Origin: Promethearchaeota archaeon
Lineage (GTDB): Archaea; Asgardarchaeota; Hermodarchaeia; Hermodarchaeales; Hermodarchaeaceae
Length of the DNA: 64,000 nt
Direction of reading: 5' to 3'
Assembly (NCBI GenBank): GCA_048939595.1
Contig: JBHLPI010000001.1
Span: forward strand, 16,267-80,266
In this document: one piece after another, positions 9,272 through 18,684 of the stretch
How positions within the stretch are numbered: position 1 is the stretch's first letter
Layout of the letters: every line of letters begins with the position of its first letter
Translations under genes and position numbers: made by a program
The notes under the pieces: model-generated
Database searches by the model: none
What the model was told of the DNA's origin: nothing
What the model saw: only the letters and a program-made list of their open reading frames with translations

Positions 9272-9837
9272 AGAATAAGCAAAAAAAATCGCTACTAGAT
9301 AATTGGTTACGAAGCGATGAACGTTTTTCCTTTCCTTTGTGCCTTCAAAATACGGTTCTACCTTTTTCAGAATCGTCTACTATTTCCAAGGCAATACATT
9401 GGTTAAGTTCTAAAAATGAAAAGATAGGAAAGAATTCGTCATTTTCCGTCAAATACATGTTAAGCCTATGAAGAATCAACCCAAAACACAAAAGGCGATT
9501 TTTCTGTGTAAGTTTTCAAGTCGAAAAAATGTCAGCGAGCCAAAATAAACAATTCTCTCGTTTTCCTCTGCTTTTTTTATTGGTTTGACCGGATTCTGCC
9601 CTAAGCTTTCGGTGACAAACGAGAAGACAAAACTCAATCAGGAGATTCATGAATGGGATACACAAGAAGCAGCAGAATTCTATGCCAACTCGTTTGCAAT
9701 GCAATTTATGAAGAATCGGTCAGTTCCTGGCTCCACTTCATATGAAATCCTTCCACAGTAAACCCAAGAACGAATGAAAGGCTTTTATCACAACGGGTCC
9801 ACGAGTAGCATACACTCAATATATCCGAGGGAAGTAT

Positions 9838-11166
9838 ATGCAAAAGCCCAAGGTTGGACTTATCACACTCTCACTTGCCCGGGAACGAATAGACATTGCT
9901 GAACAAGCCCATAAAGAACTGAAAGCCGCGTTGAAAAAACAGCCCCTTGAAATAATTCCTTATGATGAACTGGTCTTAACGATGGAAGATTCAGTCCGGA
10001 TCTCCGAAGACATGGTGCATGACCATATTCAGTGTATCATCTATAATATCGGCTCCTGGGTGTACGCGCCCATGGTTGTTTCTGCTGTTCAAGCTACAGG
10101 ATTACCAAGCATCGTGTATGGATATCGGAGCCCTGTAGCATTCAGTCTCGTTGGTGCGGCGATTACACATGGCAGTCTTGATGAATTGGATCTTCTGCAT
10201 CGGTTTGTCTATGGAGAACCCGATTCGCCAGATGTGTTGGATGCAATTACCAGTTATTGCCGAGCCGCGATGACCTTTGATAATCTCAGTCGTAGCAAAG
10301 CCGTTGTCATTGGTGGAAAAACCATGGGAATGGTGACCTCTGCAGTAGACTTTAGCCAGGTGAAAGATATCTTCGGTACAGAGATTGAACATGTTGATAT
10401 GCTGCGATTATATCTGGATGCCCAGAAAATACCTGAGAAGCAAGTAAAAGAGAAAATGGCCTGGGCAAAGAAGACTTACGGGTCAATCAATGTCTCTGAC
10501 GAGATTCTTGAGAAAAGTGTTCGTTTGTATTTCGCTATGAAAGAGATGATGCAGACAGAGGGGTATGCTTTTGGTGGTTTCAAATGTCAGCCTGAATTCA
10601 TTGACAATTATGTCAGTGGTTGTATGCCTATCTCCTGGCTAATTAATGAAGGCATCATGATGTCTTGCGAAGCCGATATGAACGCAGCATTCACAATGCG
10701 AATTCTCCATTTATTAAGTGGACAGCCAGTGCTCTTCGCTGATGTCAATGATTTGGATATGAATACAGGCACACTACGGTTAGTTAATTGTGGGACAATC
10801 GCGACGGATATGGCTATTTCGCCCAAAGATGTTGATTGGAATCCACAGTACGAATATATGGGCAAAGCCAGCGGAGCCTGTCCAACCTTTAGTTGCAAAG
10901 AAGGATACGTCACCTTAGCAAGACTGGCGCGAGTAGGTGGTGAGTATGTGATGCAAATCGCAAACGGTGAAGCTGTTGTTCAAGACAAAGAAACCTTTAA
11001 GGAAGCACGCGATCGCTGGCCACATGCCTTTATTCACCTAGAAGGTGATCCTGACCTCTTCGTCCAGCATTTGCGATCAAATCATTTACACATGGTGTAT
11101 GGCGATGTGGTAAATGAGCTATATGATCTATGCGAGATTTTAGGAATTGAACCAATTTACACTTAG
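9838..11166 (+). CDS. L-arabinose/L-fucose isomerase-family-like sugar isomerase (putative)
   Basis: Architecture and local motifs resemble AraA/FucI: N-terminal KVGLITLS, central MSCEADMNAAFTMRIL, and a C-terminal His-rich HAFIHLEG...NHLHMVYGD. Judged by eye only. Confidence 0.45.
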   Translation: MQKPKVGLITLSLARERIDIAEQAHKELKAALKKQPLEIIPYDELVLTMEDSVRISEDMVHDHIQCIIYNIGSWVYAPMVVSAVQATGLPSIVYGYRSPVAFSLVGAAITHGSLDELDLLHRFVYGEPDSPDVLDAITSYCRAAMTFDNLSRSKAVVIGGKTMGMVTSAVDFSQVKDIFGTEIEHVDMLRLYLDAQKIPEKQVKEKMAWAKKTYGSINVSDEILEKSVRLYFAMKEMMQTEGYAFGGFKCQPEFIDNYVSGCMPISWLINEGIMMSCEADMNAAFTMRILHLLSGQPVLFADVNDLDMNTGTLRLVNCGTIATDMAISPKDVDWNPQYEYMGKASGACPTFSCKEGYVTLARLARVGGEYVMQIANGEAVVQDKETFKEARDRWPHAFIHLEGDPDLFVQHLRSNHLHMVYGDVVNELYDLCEILGIEPIYT

Positions 11167-12224
11167 CTTGCTAGCATCTTGATTTGGGCCTGTTTATGAA
11201 GGCGACGAGAAAACAGACTTGTAAAAAGAAAGCTGATAACTCCAGTAATTAAAGCAGTTAGTAGAATTATCTGGGGTGAGAGAATTGAGCTTAGACCCAG
11301 ATAGAGGTATGCGAGCGATAGCGTGATACCTGTTAGAAGATGATTGAGGATTGTTGATACATTAGCAGGTATCATTGCTAGAGGTTGGTCAAAGAATCTA
11401 AGAGTGTAAAGCCCGCCAATGAAGCTCAGAGGAATGGTTGACAAGACGAGGAATGAATACCAGGATGTAATATTGAAAAGAACAGCAAAGACAACAACAA
11501 GGTAAATCAACAGCAAAAGGGCAACATAAAGAATGGCGGCATGATGTCGGCCCAAGCGAACAACAAGGGTATATTTTCCAGAGTCTCGATCAGCTTTGAA
11601 ATCAGCGAATTCGTTGATATAGAGGATCGCTGATACAAGGAAAGCGACAGGCAGTGCCATAATTACCGGTTCCCAAGAAAAAAGTTGGGTTTGAGTATAA
11701 AAGGCTCCTAGTGTGAGGAAGATTCCAAAGCAAATACCAATGACTATCTCACCTATTCCACGGCTAACGAATTTAATAGGCGGGGCCGTGTAGAAAAACC
11801 CAAAAAACACACCGAGAATACCTAATATCAACACAAGAAGACCACGTGTGATGGTTAGGTAGAGACCAATCACAGCGCCACTGCTAAACAACATAATTGA
11901 TCCAGCAAGGACTGCTCGAGGAGAAAGGAGAGTTTTTTGAATCATTCGGCTTCCACCAGTGAATGGCCTGATATATTCGACATTGATATTATCAGATCCT
12001 TGTCGAAAATCCCAGTAATCGTTAGCTACATTTGCCCCCAGATGTATGAATACACCACCAATGAGGGTGAGTAGGAACACGTCCCAAAGGAAGATGCCTG
12101 TGGTTCCCCAAGCAATCGCGGTTCCAAGAAGTATTGGGACGATCGAGGCTGTCACGAATGGGAGACGAAGTTCTTCTAGCCATATTTTGGCTTTACTCGG
12201 ATTTTCCTTTAGATCTTCAGACAT
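11163..12224 (-). CDS. UbiA-family prenyltransferase, probably digeranylgeranylglyceryl phosphate synthase
   Basis: Asp-rich motifs NDYWDFRQGSD and FADFKADRDSG in a polytopic membrane protein. It lies in an operon with GGPP synthase and geranylgeranyl reductase. Confidence 0.7.
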   Translation of the reverse strand: MSEDLKENPSKAKIWLEELRLPFVTASIVPILLGTAIAWGTTGIFLWDVFLLTLIGGVFIHLGANVANDYWDFRQGSDNINVEYIRPFTGGSRMIQKTLLSPRAVLAGSIMLFSSGAVIGLYLTITRGLLVLILGILGVFFGFFYTAPPIKFVSRGIGEIVIGICFGIFLTLGAFYTQTQLFSWEPVIMALPVAFLVSAILYINEFADFKADRDSGKYTLVVRLGRHHAAILYVALLLLIYLVVVFAVLFNITSWYSFLVLSTIPLSFIGGLYTLRFFDQPLAMIPANVSTILNHLLTGITLSLAYLYLGLSSILSPQIILLTALITGVISFLFTSLFSRRLHKQAQIKMLAS

Positions 12225-12255
12225 ATTTTATGCCCCTAATTGTGATTGTTAAGAA

Positions 12256-13314
12256 TTAAAAATCGCGTTGAATAGTAAAATCAGCAAGTTGTTCGAGAAC
12301 CGTCTGGTTGAGGAATTTGTGTTCTTTAAGGCATCCTTTAGCACATTCTACATAGCTTTGTGCTAGCTGCATAGTATATGAATAAGCATTGTTTTGATCA
12401 ATCAATGCGAGAACTGTATCCCATTGATGCTTTTCAAGTGCTTGAAGACAAATATTTCGATTATTTGCTGAACAGTTTTCGAGTGTATAAAGAAGTGGAT
12501 AGTTTCCACGTTTCATTCGAAAATCAGAGAACACAGATTTGTTCAGTTCATTCTGTGGAGCTTGAATATCGAGTACATCATCTCTGAGTTGAAACGAGAA
12601 TCCAATATAGGAACCAAATTGAGCTAAAGCCTCACGCTCCTCTTGAGTGGCTTGACCAACGATAGCCCCAGTGCGTGCAGCTTCCTCAAGAAACACAGCA
12701 GTTTTTCGCTCAATCATTTTTAGATATTCTTTTGTTGTGAAAACGGCTTCTTGCTCAGGGGTGATGAAAAGATCAAGAACTTCGCCCTCACACATACGAA
12801 CACCGCCAGCGCCAATATTTGCCATGAGTTCTGGAGAACCATGCGTACCAATAATTCTTAAAGCCTGGGCAATAAGGAAGTCTCCCGCCAGAAGTGCAAC
12901 GTCATGACCATATTTCTTATGGACCGTTGGAACGCCTCTACGCATATCATCTTTATCGATGATATCATCATGGATAAGACTCGCAGTTTGGAGAAGCTCA
13001 GCAGCAACAGTAATTGGAAGGACTTTTTCAATTGATCCACCAACAGCCTCACATGCAAGGAGGGTCACTAGAGACCTAAGCCGTTTGCCTCCTGCAACAA
13101 TGAGATGATGCGCAGCATTATACAGAACTGGTGGTTCTCCTTTTTGCTGTTGAAGATAATCTAATACAGCTGAATTGATGAGCACAATTCGTGTTCTGAT
13201 ATGTTCACTTTCTAGGTATGATGCAGGCTTACTTTTTGCTGAACTCATATTTGAAGCTGAAATAGGAGACATTGGTTGATGGTTATCAGCTGGTATTGAA
13301 TCACGATTAGGCAT
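12256..13314 (-). CDS. idsA: Polyprenyl (geranylgeranyl) diphosphate synthase
   Basis: First Asp-rich motif LIHDDIIDKDD and second Asp-rich motif FQLRDDVLD. The N-terminal 30-40 aa may be over-called. Confidence 0.85.
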   Translation of the reverse strand: MPNRDSIPADNHQPMSPISASNMSSAKSKPASYLESEHIRTRIVLINSAVLDYLQQQKGEPPVLYNAAHHLIVAGGKRLRSLVTLLACEAVGGSIEKVLPITVAAELLQTASLIHDDIIDKDDMRRGVPTVHKKYGHDVALLAGDFLIAQALRIIGTHGSPELMANIGAGGVRMCEGEVLDLFITPEQEAVFTTKEYLKMIERKTAVFLEEAARTGAIVGQATQEEREALAQFGSYIGFSFQLRDDVLDIQAPQNELNKSVFSDFRMKRGNYPLLYTLENCSANNRNICLQALEKHQWDTVLALIDQNNAYSYTMQLAQSYVECAKGCLKEHKFLNQTVLEQLADFTIQRDF

Positions 13315-13463
13315 TCACTGAAAACTCCTTTGTAATCGATTCCTATTATCGATTGGTGTTATTTGAAAGTACGTTTTAGATATTGAATGTAAACAATACA
13401 TACTAAAGAAGATATGGAACAACTTATGATGAGGTTTGGCAAATCTAGTTTTGCAGACAATCA

Positions 13464-14663
13464 TTACGATATCAACGCCAATATCTTCACAAGTGTTCGT
13501 GAGGCTAGCTTGACTGGGAAAGGAAGCCGACAACGAATTAGGTGCCGTAAGTATCGGGGACCAGCTAGCCGCATGCAACGATTCATTAAGGTATCTGAAG
13601 TCATTATAAGATCTGAAATCCGCAGAATTTCCAAAGCGGATTTTAGCTCCTGTCCGAATTCCTTTTTCCAAGCTTCCTCGTACCAGCTTAAAGGCTGGTT
13701 TTCCTGAAGATGTTGAGCAGCTGCAATCCCGGCCAGTTCTCCTCCACCCAGGGCAGTAGGAATTCCCCCTCCATTTGAAGCCATAACATGTCCAGCAGCA
13801 TCACCAACCAAGAGAACTGAATTTGAAAAAGTTCGAGATACAGGTCCACCAACGGGTACAATTGCACCAGTTCTTCGAATGATTTTCCCATTTTTCATTC
13901 GATCGGCGTTAGTTGGATGTGAAGTAATGAAACGACGAAGATAGGAAAGAGCTGTCTGAGAATTTGTTTTGAATGATTGTCGGAAGCCGAGCCCAATATT
14001 TGCTGTTGATTCATCTTTAGGGATGACCCAAGCATAACCACCAGGAGCAATTTGATTGCCAAAATACATCTCAGTTGTATTTGAATCACATTCAATATCC
14101 GATAGAACAAATTGAATTGTGGGAGACAAATCGCGAATCCTATTTGAATAGTGTACACCAATTGATCGTGCTATACGTGAATGTGTGCCATCAGCTCCGA
14201 TGACAATTTTTGCTTTAATCATTTGACGACCCATTTTATTTTTCACAAGTAGTTGATTTGCACTTGTTCGTTTTAGGACCGTTGTCTGTAATCGTATCTG
14301 GGCACCTGCAGCAATGGCTTGATTTGCGAGGTATTGATCAAACTTTGCGCGATCAATAATGTTGGATACTAGCCGGAATTCAAAAGTACGATTATTTGGT
14401 GAGGCAAGTAAAAGTCGCGAGCTTCGATTGGTAATTACCTCTGAGGGAGCATCTACGAGACGAGCAATACGAGGAGAATCTGGGAGAAGATTTTGCATTT
14501 CCTCAGGCACAGGAAGATATTCTCCACACTGCACAGGGACTCCTACACGTTTACGACTGTCAAATACAATGGTCTTTAGTCCAAGTTTAGCTGTAGTTTT
14601 TGCAGCTGTACAACCGGCAGGTCCTGCCCCCACTATCGCAACATCAAATGCGGATGCCGACAT
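13464..14663 (-). CDS. Geranylgeranyl reductase (FAD-dependent digeranylgeranylglycerophospholipid reductase)
   Basis: N-terminal FAD fold VAIVGAGPAGCTAAKTTAKLGLKTIVFD and a GGR-family layout of about 400 aa. Confidence 0.8.
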   Translation of the reverse strand: MSASAFDVAIVGAGPAGCTAAKTTAKLGLKTIVFDSRKRVGVPVQCGEYLPVPEEMQNLLPDSPRIARLVDAPSEVITNRSSRLLLASPNNRTFEFRLVSNIIDRAKFDQYLANQAIAAGAQIRLQTTVLKRTSANQLLVKNKMGRQMIKAKIVIGADGTHSRIARSIGVHYSNRIRDLSPTIQFVLSDIECDSNTTEMYFGNQIAPGGYAWVIPKDESTANIGLGFRQSFKTNSQTALSYLRRFITSHPTNADRMKNGKIIRRTGAIVPVGGPVSRTFSNSVLLVGDAAGHVMASNGGGIPTALGGGELAGIAAAQHLQENQPLSWYEEAWKKEFGQELKSALEILRISDLIMTSDTLMNRCMRLAGPRYLRHLIRCRLPFPVKLASRTLVKILALIS

Positions 14664-14771
14664 ATAGTTCAGTCCATATTACCTCTTATGGGAAAGAAGA
14701 ATACGCATATTTTCTACTTTAGGCTAGCGATATAATAGTTCATCAATTGAACGCGTTTTAGAGGATGACTA

Positions 14772-15989
14772 TTAGGTGGTTTCGATTGGTTCTTCATGGA
14801 AACAATCACGGGCATCTTCACCGAAGAACATGTCCATGAGCCATTCCATTGATCCTTTTACGGTACGCCAATACATCATCCCAAAGCCCTTCTTCATCAT
14901 CATATTGAAGCGTGAGGGTTGGACATCTTTTGCATTTCGACCATAGGCTGTGATTACGAAAAGGCCTTTCCCATATCCAACATCCATCGGGCAATGGGTG
15001 CGCCCTGTAAAGTGACAGAGTTCACCAGTCTTTTTGACATCAGCGATGATATTCTTCGCTACCACAACAGCTTCAAGGTGTGCAGTAACTCCTGATTTCG
15101 AGGTGGGTAAGTCTGCGACATCCCCTAAAGCGTAGACGCCTTGTTGATCTTTGACTAGCATGGTGTGTTTATCCACTGGAATCCAGCCTTCTTCATCGCC
15201 AATATTGGAATCAATGATTGCTTGTGGAGCCTTGTGCGGAGGAACAACAAACATCGCTTCAAAGTCTAGTTCTCCACCCTCCATTGAATAGAGGATCTTT
15301 TTCTTTGGATCAACTCGATCAATGTTGAAGAAAGGGTGAATTGTGATTCCTCGTTCTTTGAAGCGCTTCTCAACAGTCTTACTGATAGTTGCATCAGGAT
15401 AAGGGCGTGGCAGTGGTGTTACGAAATGAACTTCCACCTTATCTTTGAGTTTCTTCTTTTTCAAAAACTGCTCAACGAGAAATGCAGCCTCTACAGGCGA
15501 AGGAGGGCATTTGTGTGGGAGTGTACTTATTCCTACAACAATCTTTCCGCTCTTGATTCCATTGATACGCTCCCAGATTGCCCACGCATTTTCTTGAGTT
15601 GAATGGAAATCAAGATTCGCTTCATCAAACCCAGGAATTTCACCTCGGGCGATAGCGGCACCGGATGCAATAACTAGATCGTCATATTGGTAGATGTTGT
15701 TATTCGTTGTAGTGACCGTCTTCTTTTTGAAATCGATTATTGCAGCAGGATCAACATGAAAGTTGATACGCTTATGGAGTAGGTTATTTTCTTTACGTTC
15801 GAGCTTCTTTGGGCTCATGCCCTTGAAAGCAATATACAGAAAGTTCGGTTGGAAAAGATGCTTCCCATCTGCGTCTAAGAGTGTGATTTCAACCTCGCCT
15901 TTTTTAATTTCCTTTCCGAGCTCACGAGCCATCAGGTTAGCTGCAAGGGTACCTGCAGTACCACCACCAAGAACGAGAATTCGTCTCAT
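14772..15989 (-). CDS. FAD-dependent pyridine nucleotide-disulfide oxidoreductase, sulfide:quinone oxidoreductase (SQR)-like / NDH-2-like
   Basis: ILVLGGGTAGTLAAN FAD-binding N-terminus, a conserved Cys in PHKCPPSPVEAAF, and a second Cys-containing segment CHFTGRTHCP. Confidence 0.6.
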   Translation of the reverse strand: MRRILVLGGGTAGTLAANLMARELGKEIKKGEVEITLLDADGKHLFQPNFLYIAFKGMSPKKLERKENNLLHKRINFHVDPAAIIDFKKKTVTTTNNNIYQYDDLVIASGAAIARGEIPGFDEANLDFHSTQENAWAIWERINGIKSGKIVVGISTLPHKCPPSPVEAAFLVEQFLKKKKLKDKVEVHFVTPLPRPYPDATISKTVEKRFKERGITIHPFFNIDRVDPKKKILYSMEGGELDFEAMFVVPPHKAPQAIIDSNIGDEEGWIPVDKHTMLVKDQQGVYALGDVADLPTSKSGVTAHLEAVVVAKNIIADVKKTGELCHFTGRTHCPMDVGYGKGLFVITAYGRNAKDVQPSRFNMMMKKGFGMMYWRTVKGSMEWLMDMFFGEDARDCFHEEPIETT

Positions 15990-16002
15990 TATTCTATCCC
16001 AA

Positions 16003-16245
16003 CTAATGTTTTGCCGTGATTTTCACCAGTGCGCGGATGACACCATCGTTTTCCTCAACACTGATGAGTTCGTTGTTGGTTGCAGAAATCCAGCCTTTGA
16101 TATCCGGAGTAAAGCCAGGATCTGTTGCTAAAATTTCGAGAACGTCTCCATTCTGAGCTTTACGATAAGCCCGTGCCACTTCGGTAATTGGACCGGGGCA
16201 CGCCATACCGCGGCAGTCCACAATTGTTTTTGGTGTTTCAGCCAT
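16003..16245 (-). CDS. tusA: TusA-like sulfurtransferase (SirA/YedF/YeeD family)
   Basis: An 80-aa protein with the CPxP motif (CRGMACPGPI). Confidence 0.85.
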   Translation of the reverse strand: MAETPKTIVDCRGMACPGPITEVARAYRKAQNGDVLEILATDPGFTPDIKGWISATNNELISVEENDGVIRALVKITAKH

Positions 16246-16320
16246 GCTAACATCTCCGATTTTCAGTATTCATTATTCCTTGAGCATTTATTCCAGTATT
16301 CTTTGTTCTTTTGACAGTGA

Positions 16321-16749
16321 CTAAATGAATAGGGTGATATCTGCATCCTTTGCGAAGTTGAGGAATGCAGCAGCCCCAAGAACATCGTCGACTTCATCAA
16401 TCAAGTCTTCACGCTTAATGTTCATGACATCCATTGTCATCTGGCAAGCGTAAAGCTTAGCCCCTAGGTCTTTGGCATCACGAATCATTTCAGGAAGTGC
16501 TTTTGCTCCAGCCTTTTTCATTCGTCCCTTCATCATGCCAGTTCCTATTCGCATCAACCCACCTAGTTTGACGCTATCGGCTCCTCCCTTCTTTTTAAGA
16601 AGGTTCAGACCCGAGAAGGTGAAAAAGACGCTAACGTCCATATCCATGGAAGCGCCAGTCACACCAAGAATAAAGGGTGGGTAGGCCATGTCCATGGTGC
16701 TCTTTGAGACAATTATTGCCATACGTTTCTTACCATTTCTTTCAGTCAT
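16321..16749 (-). CDS. DsrE/DsrF-like family protein (sulfur relay / DsrE2-like)
   Basis: A DsrE-like roughly 140-aa core (RMAIIVSKST...KLYACQMTMDVM). Start placed at ATG 16749 (MTERNGKK), since the longer ORF runs into the promoter region. Confidence 0.55.
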   Translation of the reverse strand: MTERNGKKRMAIIVSKSTMDMAYPPFILGVTGASMDMDVSVFFTFSGLNLLKKKGGADSVKLGGLMRIGTGMMKGRMKKAGAKALPEMIRDAKDLGAKLYACQMTMDVMNIKREDLIDEVDDVLGAAAFLNFAKDADITLFI

Positions 16750-17021
16750 TTGATGCAACTCCGTGTTTCCATTAGTTGCGTATGTTAGAACATTCGACAA
16801 TTTGAATATGTTATACATAAAAGGTTTTCCTTTTTTACATACTCTAGATAAACACCTATGAAGAGTTGAAGAAATTGATTGAAAAGGCTTCTTTCTCAAA
16901 CAACCTAAAAGCCGATAGGTGTCCCATTCATCCGGTTTCCAAAAGCTTTTTGTATTAGAATATTTGAATACGTGCGAATAACAGATAGCACACCCTAAGC
17001 TATCTTGAGGACGGTTAGACA

Positions 17022-17387
17022 ATGCAACTGCTTGAATTTGGCCTTATCCTCATTTTCACAACTTTAATCTTTGCTTCATTTCTTGCATCCATTATCCTTT
17101 CAAAGCTTGTTAGCCCAAGAAACCCGTCAAAAGAGAAAACCAAAAGTTTTGAGTGTGGTGAGGAACCCAGCGGTGCAGGTCGTGGACAATTCGCATTTCG
17201 ATATTATCCGTATTTGTTGATGTTTTTAGTATTTGATGTTGCTGCGATGTTCCTTTTTGCTTGGGCAGGTGCATTCTCTTCATTAGGACTCGAGCTCCAT
17301 ATCACTGTTTTAGCATTTCTTTTGGTTGTACTACCTCCTGTTGCATATGCAGTAAATGCAGCAGGAAATGCGGAAAGGTGGAAATAG
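17022..17387 (+). CDS. nuoA: Complex I subunit A (NuoA/ND3-like)
   Basis: FECGEEPSG motif and three transmembrane helices. Confidence 0.85.
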   Translation: MQLLEFGLILIFTTLIFASFLASIILSKLVSPRNPSKEKTKSFECGEEPSGAGRGQFAFRYYPYLLMFLVFDVAAMFLFAWAGAFSSLGLELHITVLAFLLVVLPPVAYAVNAAGNAERWK

Positions 17388-17389
17388 CA

Positions 17390-17905
17390 ATGACGGGAAT
17401 GGGATCCGCGTTTGTTGGTTCACTTCGTAACGTTTTAAATCGCGTGGTCAACGTTAAGCCAATTCGATATTTTGTGAATTGGTCACGATTATATTCCTTA
17501 TGGCCCGTCCATTTAACCACAGCATGTTGTAGCGTAGAATTTGGAGCAACAATGGGTTCAGGATTTGATGCTGAACGACTCGGTCTTCTCCCCCTTGGTT
17601 CCTTACGGCAATGTGATCTTTTAATCATCGAGGGGACTGTGACAAAGAAAATGGCTGAGCGAGTCGTTCGCATTTACAACCAGATGGCTTCACCACGTTA
17701 CGTGATTGCAATGGGAGCGTGTGCAATTTCAGGTGGAGTCTTTCGCGATTCTTATAGCATAGTTCCTGGCGTTGACAAAATTCTTCCCGTGGATGTGTAT
17801 GTCCCCGGATGCCCTCCACGACCGGAGATGCTAATCGATGCCATTTTGGAACTTCAACAAAAAATCAGGGAATCGAAGGTGGCTTTAGTTGATGGTACAA
17901 AATGA
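17390..17905 (+). CDS. nuoB: Complex I subunit B (NuoB/PSST-like, with N2-type [4Fe-4S] ligands)
   Basis: [19 protein letters not shown] and [11 protein letters not shown], so all four Cys ligands are present. Start reassigned to ATG 17390. Confidence 0.85.
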   Translation: MTGMGSAFVGSLRNVLNRVVNVKPIRYFVNWSRLYSLWPVHLTTACCSVEFGATMGSGFDAERLGLLPLGSLRQCDLLIIEGTVTKKMAERVVRIYNQMASPRYVIAMGACAISGGVFRDSYSIVPGVDKILPVDVYVPGCPPRPEMLIDAILELQQKIRESKVALVDGTK

Positions 17906-18203
17906 TGTATTTGAATTACAGGCCGAGATCTGCAAAGTATTGGCAAACCCCAAACGAATTCGAATTATCCATGTACTGAAAGACGGAGATAAGTCCGTTA
18001 CGGAAATTTCCAAAGCACTTGGGATTAGCCAATCGAACACCTCTCAACATCTTAGATTAATGAAATCCAAAGGTGTGCTCAAGTCAAGGCGGGATGGCCG
18101 AGAAATTTTTTACAGTATTGCTGTGCCGGAGCTCTCTCTTGCTTGTGAATTCGTTGGGCGTGCTTTAGAAAAAATCGTTGGTATTCCGCGAGCAACAAAA
18201 TAG
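17889..18203 (+). CDS. ArsR/SmtB-family winged-helix transcriptional regulator, embedded between nuoB and nuoC
   Basis: HTH segment [29 protein letters not shown]. It overlaps the nuoB 3' end on the same strand. Confidence 0.75.
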   Translation: MMVQNDVFELQAEICKVLANPKRIRIIHVLKDGDKSVTEISKALGISQSNTSQHLRLMKSKGVLKSRRDGREIFYSIAVPELSLACEFVGRALEKIVGIPRATK

Positions 18204-18216
18204 CAGGTGAACGAAT

Positions 18217-18684
18217 TTGTCCAAGTATCTTAAAGACTTGAAATCAGCCTTTCACGAAACAGACCTGGAAATCATCGAGAGACATTCTAAACAGCCAGTT
18301 CTTCGGGTTCCCAGTGATCAATTAGTTCCAATCGCTCAATATCTGAAGGAGAATACGGGGTTTGATCATGCTGTATCAGTTTCTGTGATTGATGATTTGG
18401 CGAATAACCAGTTTCTCATCGCCTATCACCTCGCCTCTGTTAAAAAACCAGAGTTGCATGGCGTCGTCTTCACATTGGAAGTTGTGAGTCCTCGAGGAAC
18501 TCCCTCCACCCCCTCACTTACAGCAATCTGGCCAAGCGTTGAATTTCATGAACGGGAGGGTTGGGAGATGTTTGGAATTAAGTTTGAGGGGCATCCGAAA
18601 CTGGAACGCCTCCTTCTACCAGAAAGTTGGGAGGGAGGTTATCCACTTCGTAAGGATTTCAAGCAAAAGGAGGAGGCAAAATGA
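18217..18684 (+). CDS. nuoC: Complex I subunit C (NuoC, 30 kDa)
   Basis: EREGWEMFGIKFEGHPKLERLLL signature. Confidence 0.85.
   Translation: MSKYLKDLKSAFHETDLEIIERHSKQPVLRVPSDQLVPIAQYLKENTGFDHAVSVSVIDDLANNQFLIAYHLASVKKPELHGVVFTLEVVSPRGTPSTPSLTAIWPSVEFHEREGWEMFGIKFEGHPKLERLLLPESWEGGYPLRKDFKQKEEAK

Noticed and set aside
9516-9704. 62-aa ORF in the long AT-rich intergenic region
   Set aside because: Low-complexity, Cys/Phe/Leu-rich translation from A/T-rich sequence with no support.
9838-11166. Possible LarA (lactate racemase), given the adjacent larBCE
   Set aside because: The local motifs and overall layout resemble AraA/FucI-type isomerases instead (E/D metal site and a C-terminal His-rich segment). 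I could not identify DUF2088 features.
13315-13671. 118-aa minus-strand ORF upstream of the GGPP synthase
   Set aside because: It overlaps the 3' end of the geranylgeranyl reductase gene in another frame, and its composition is of low complexity.
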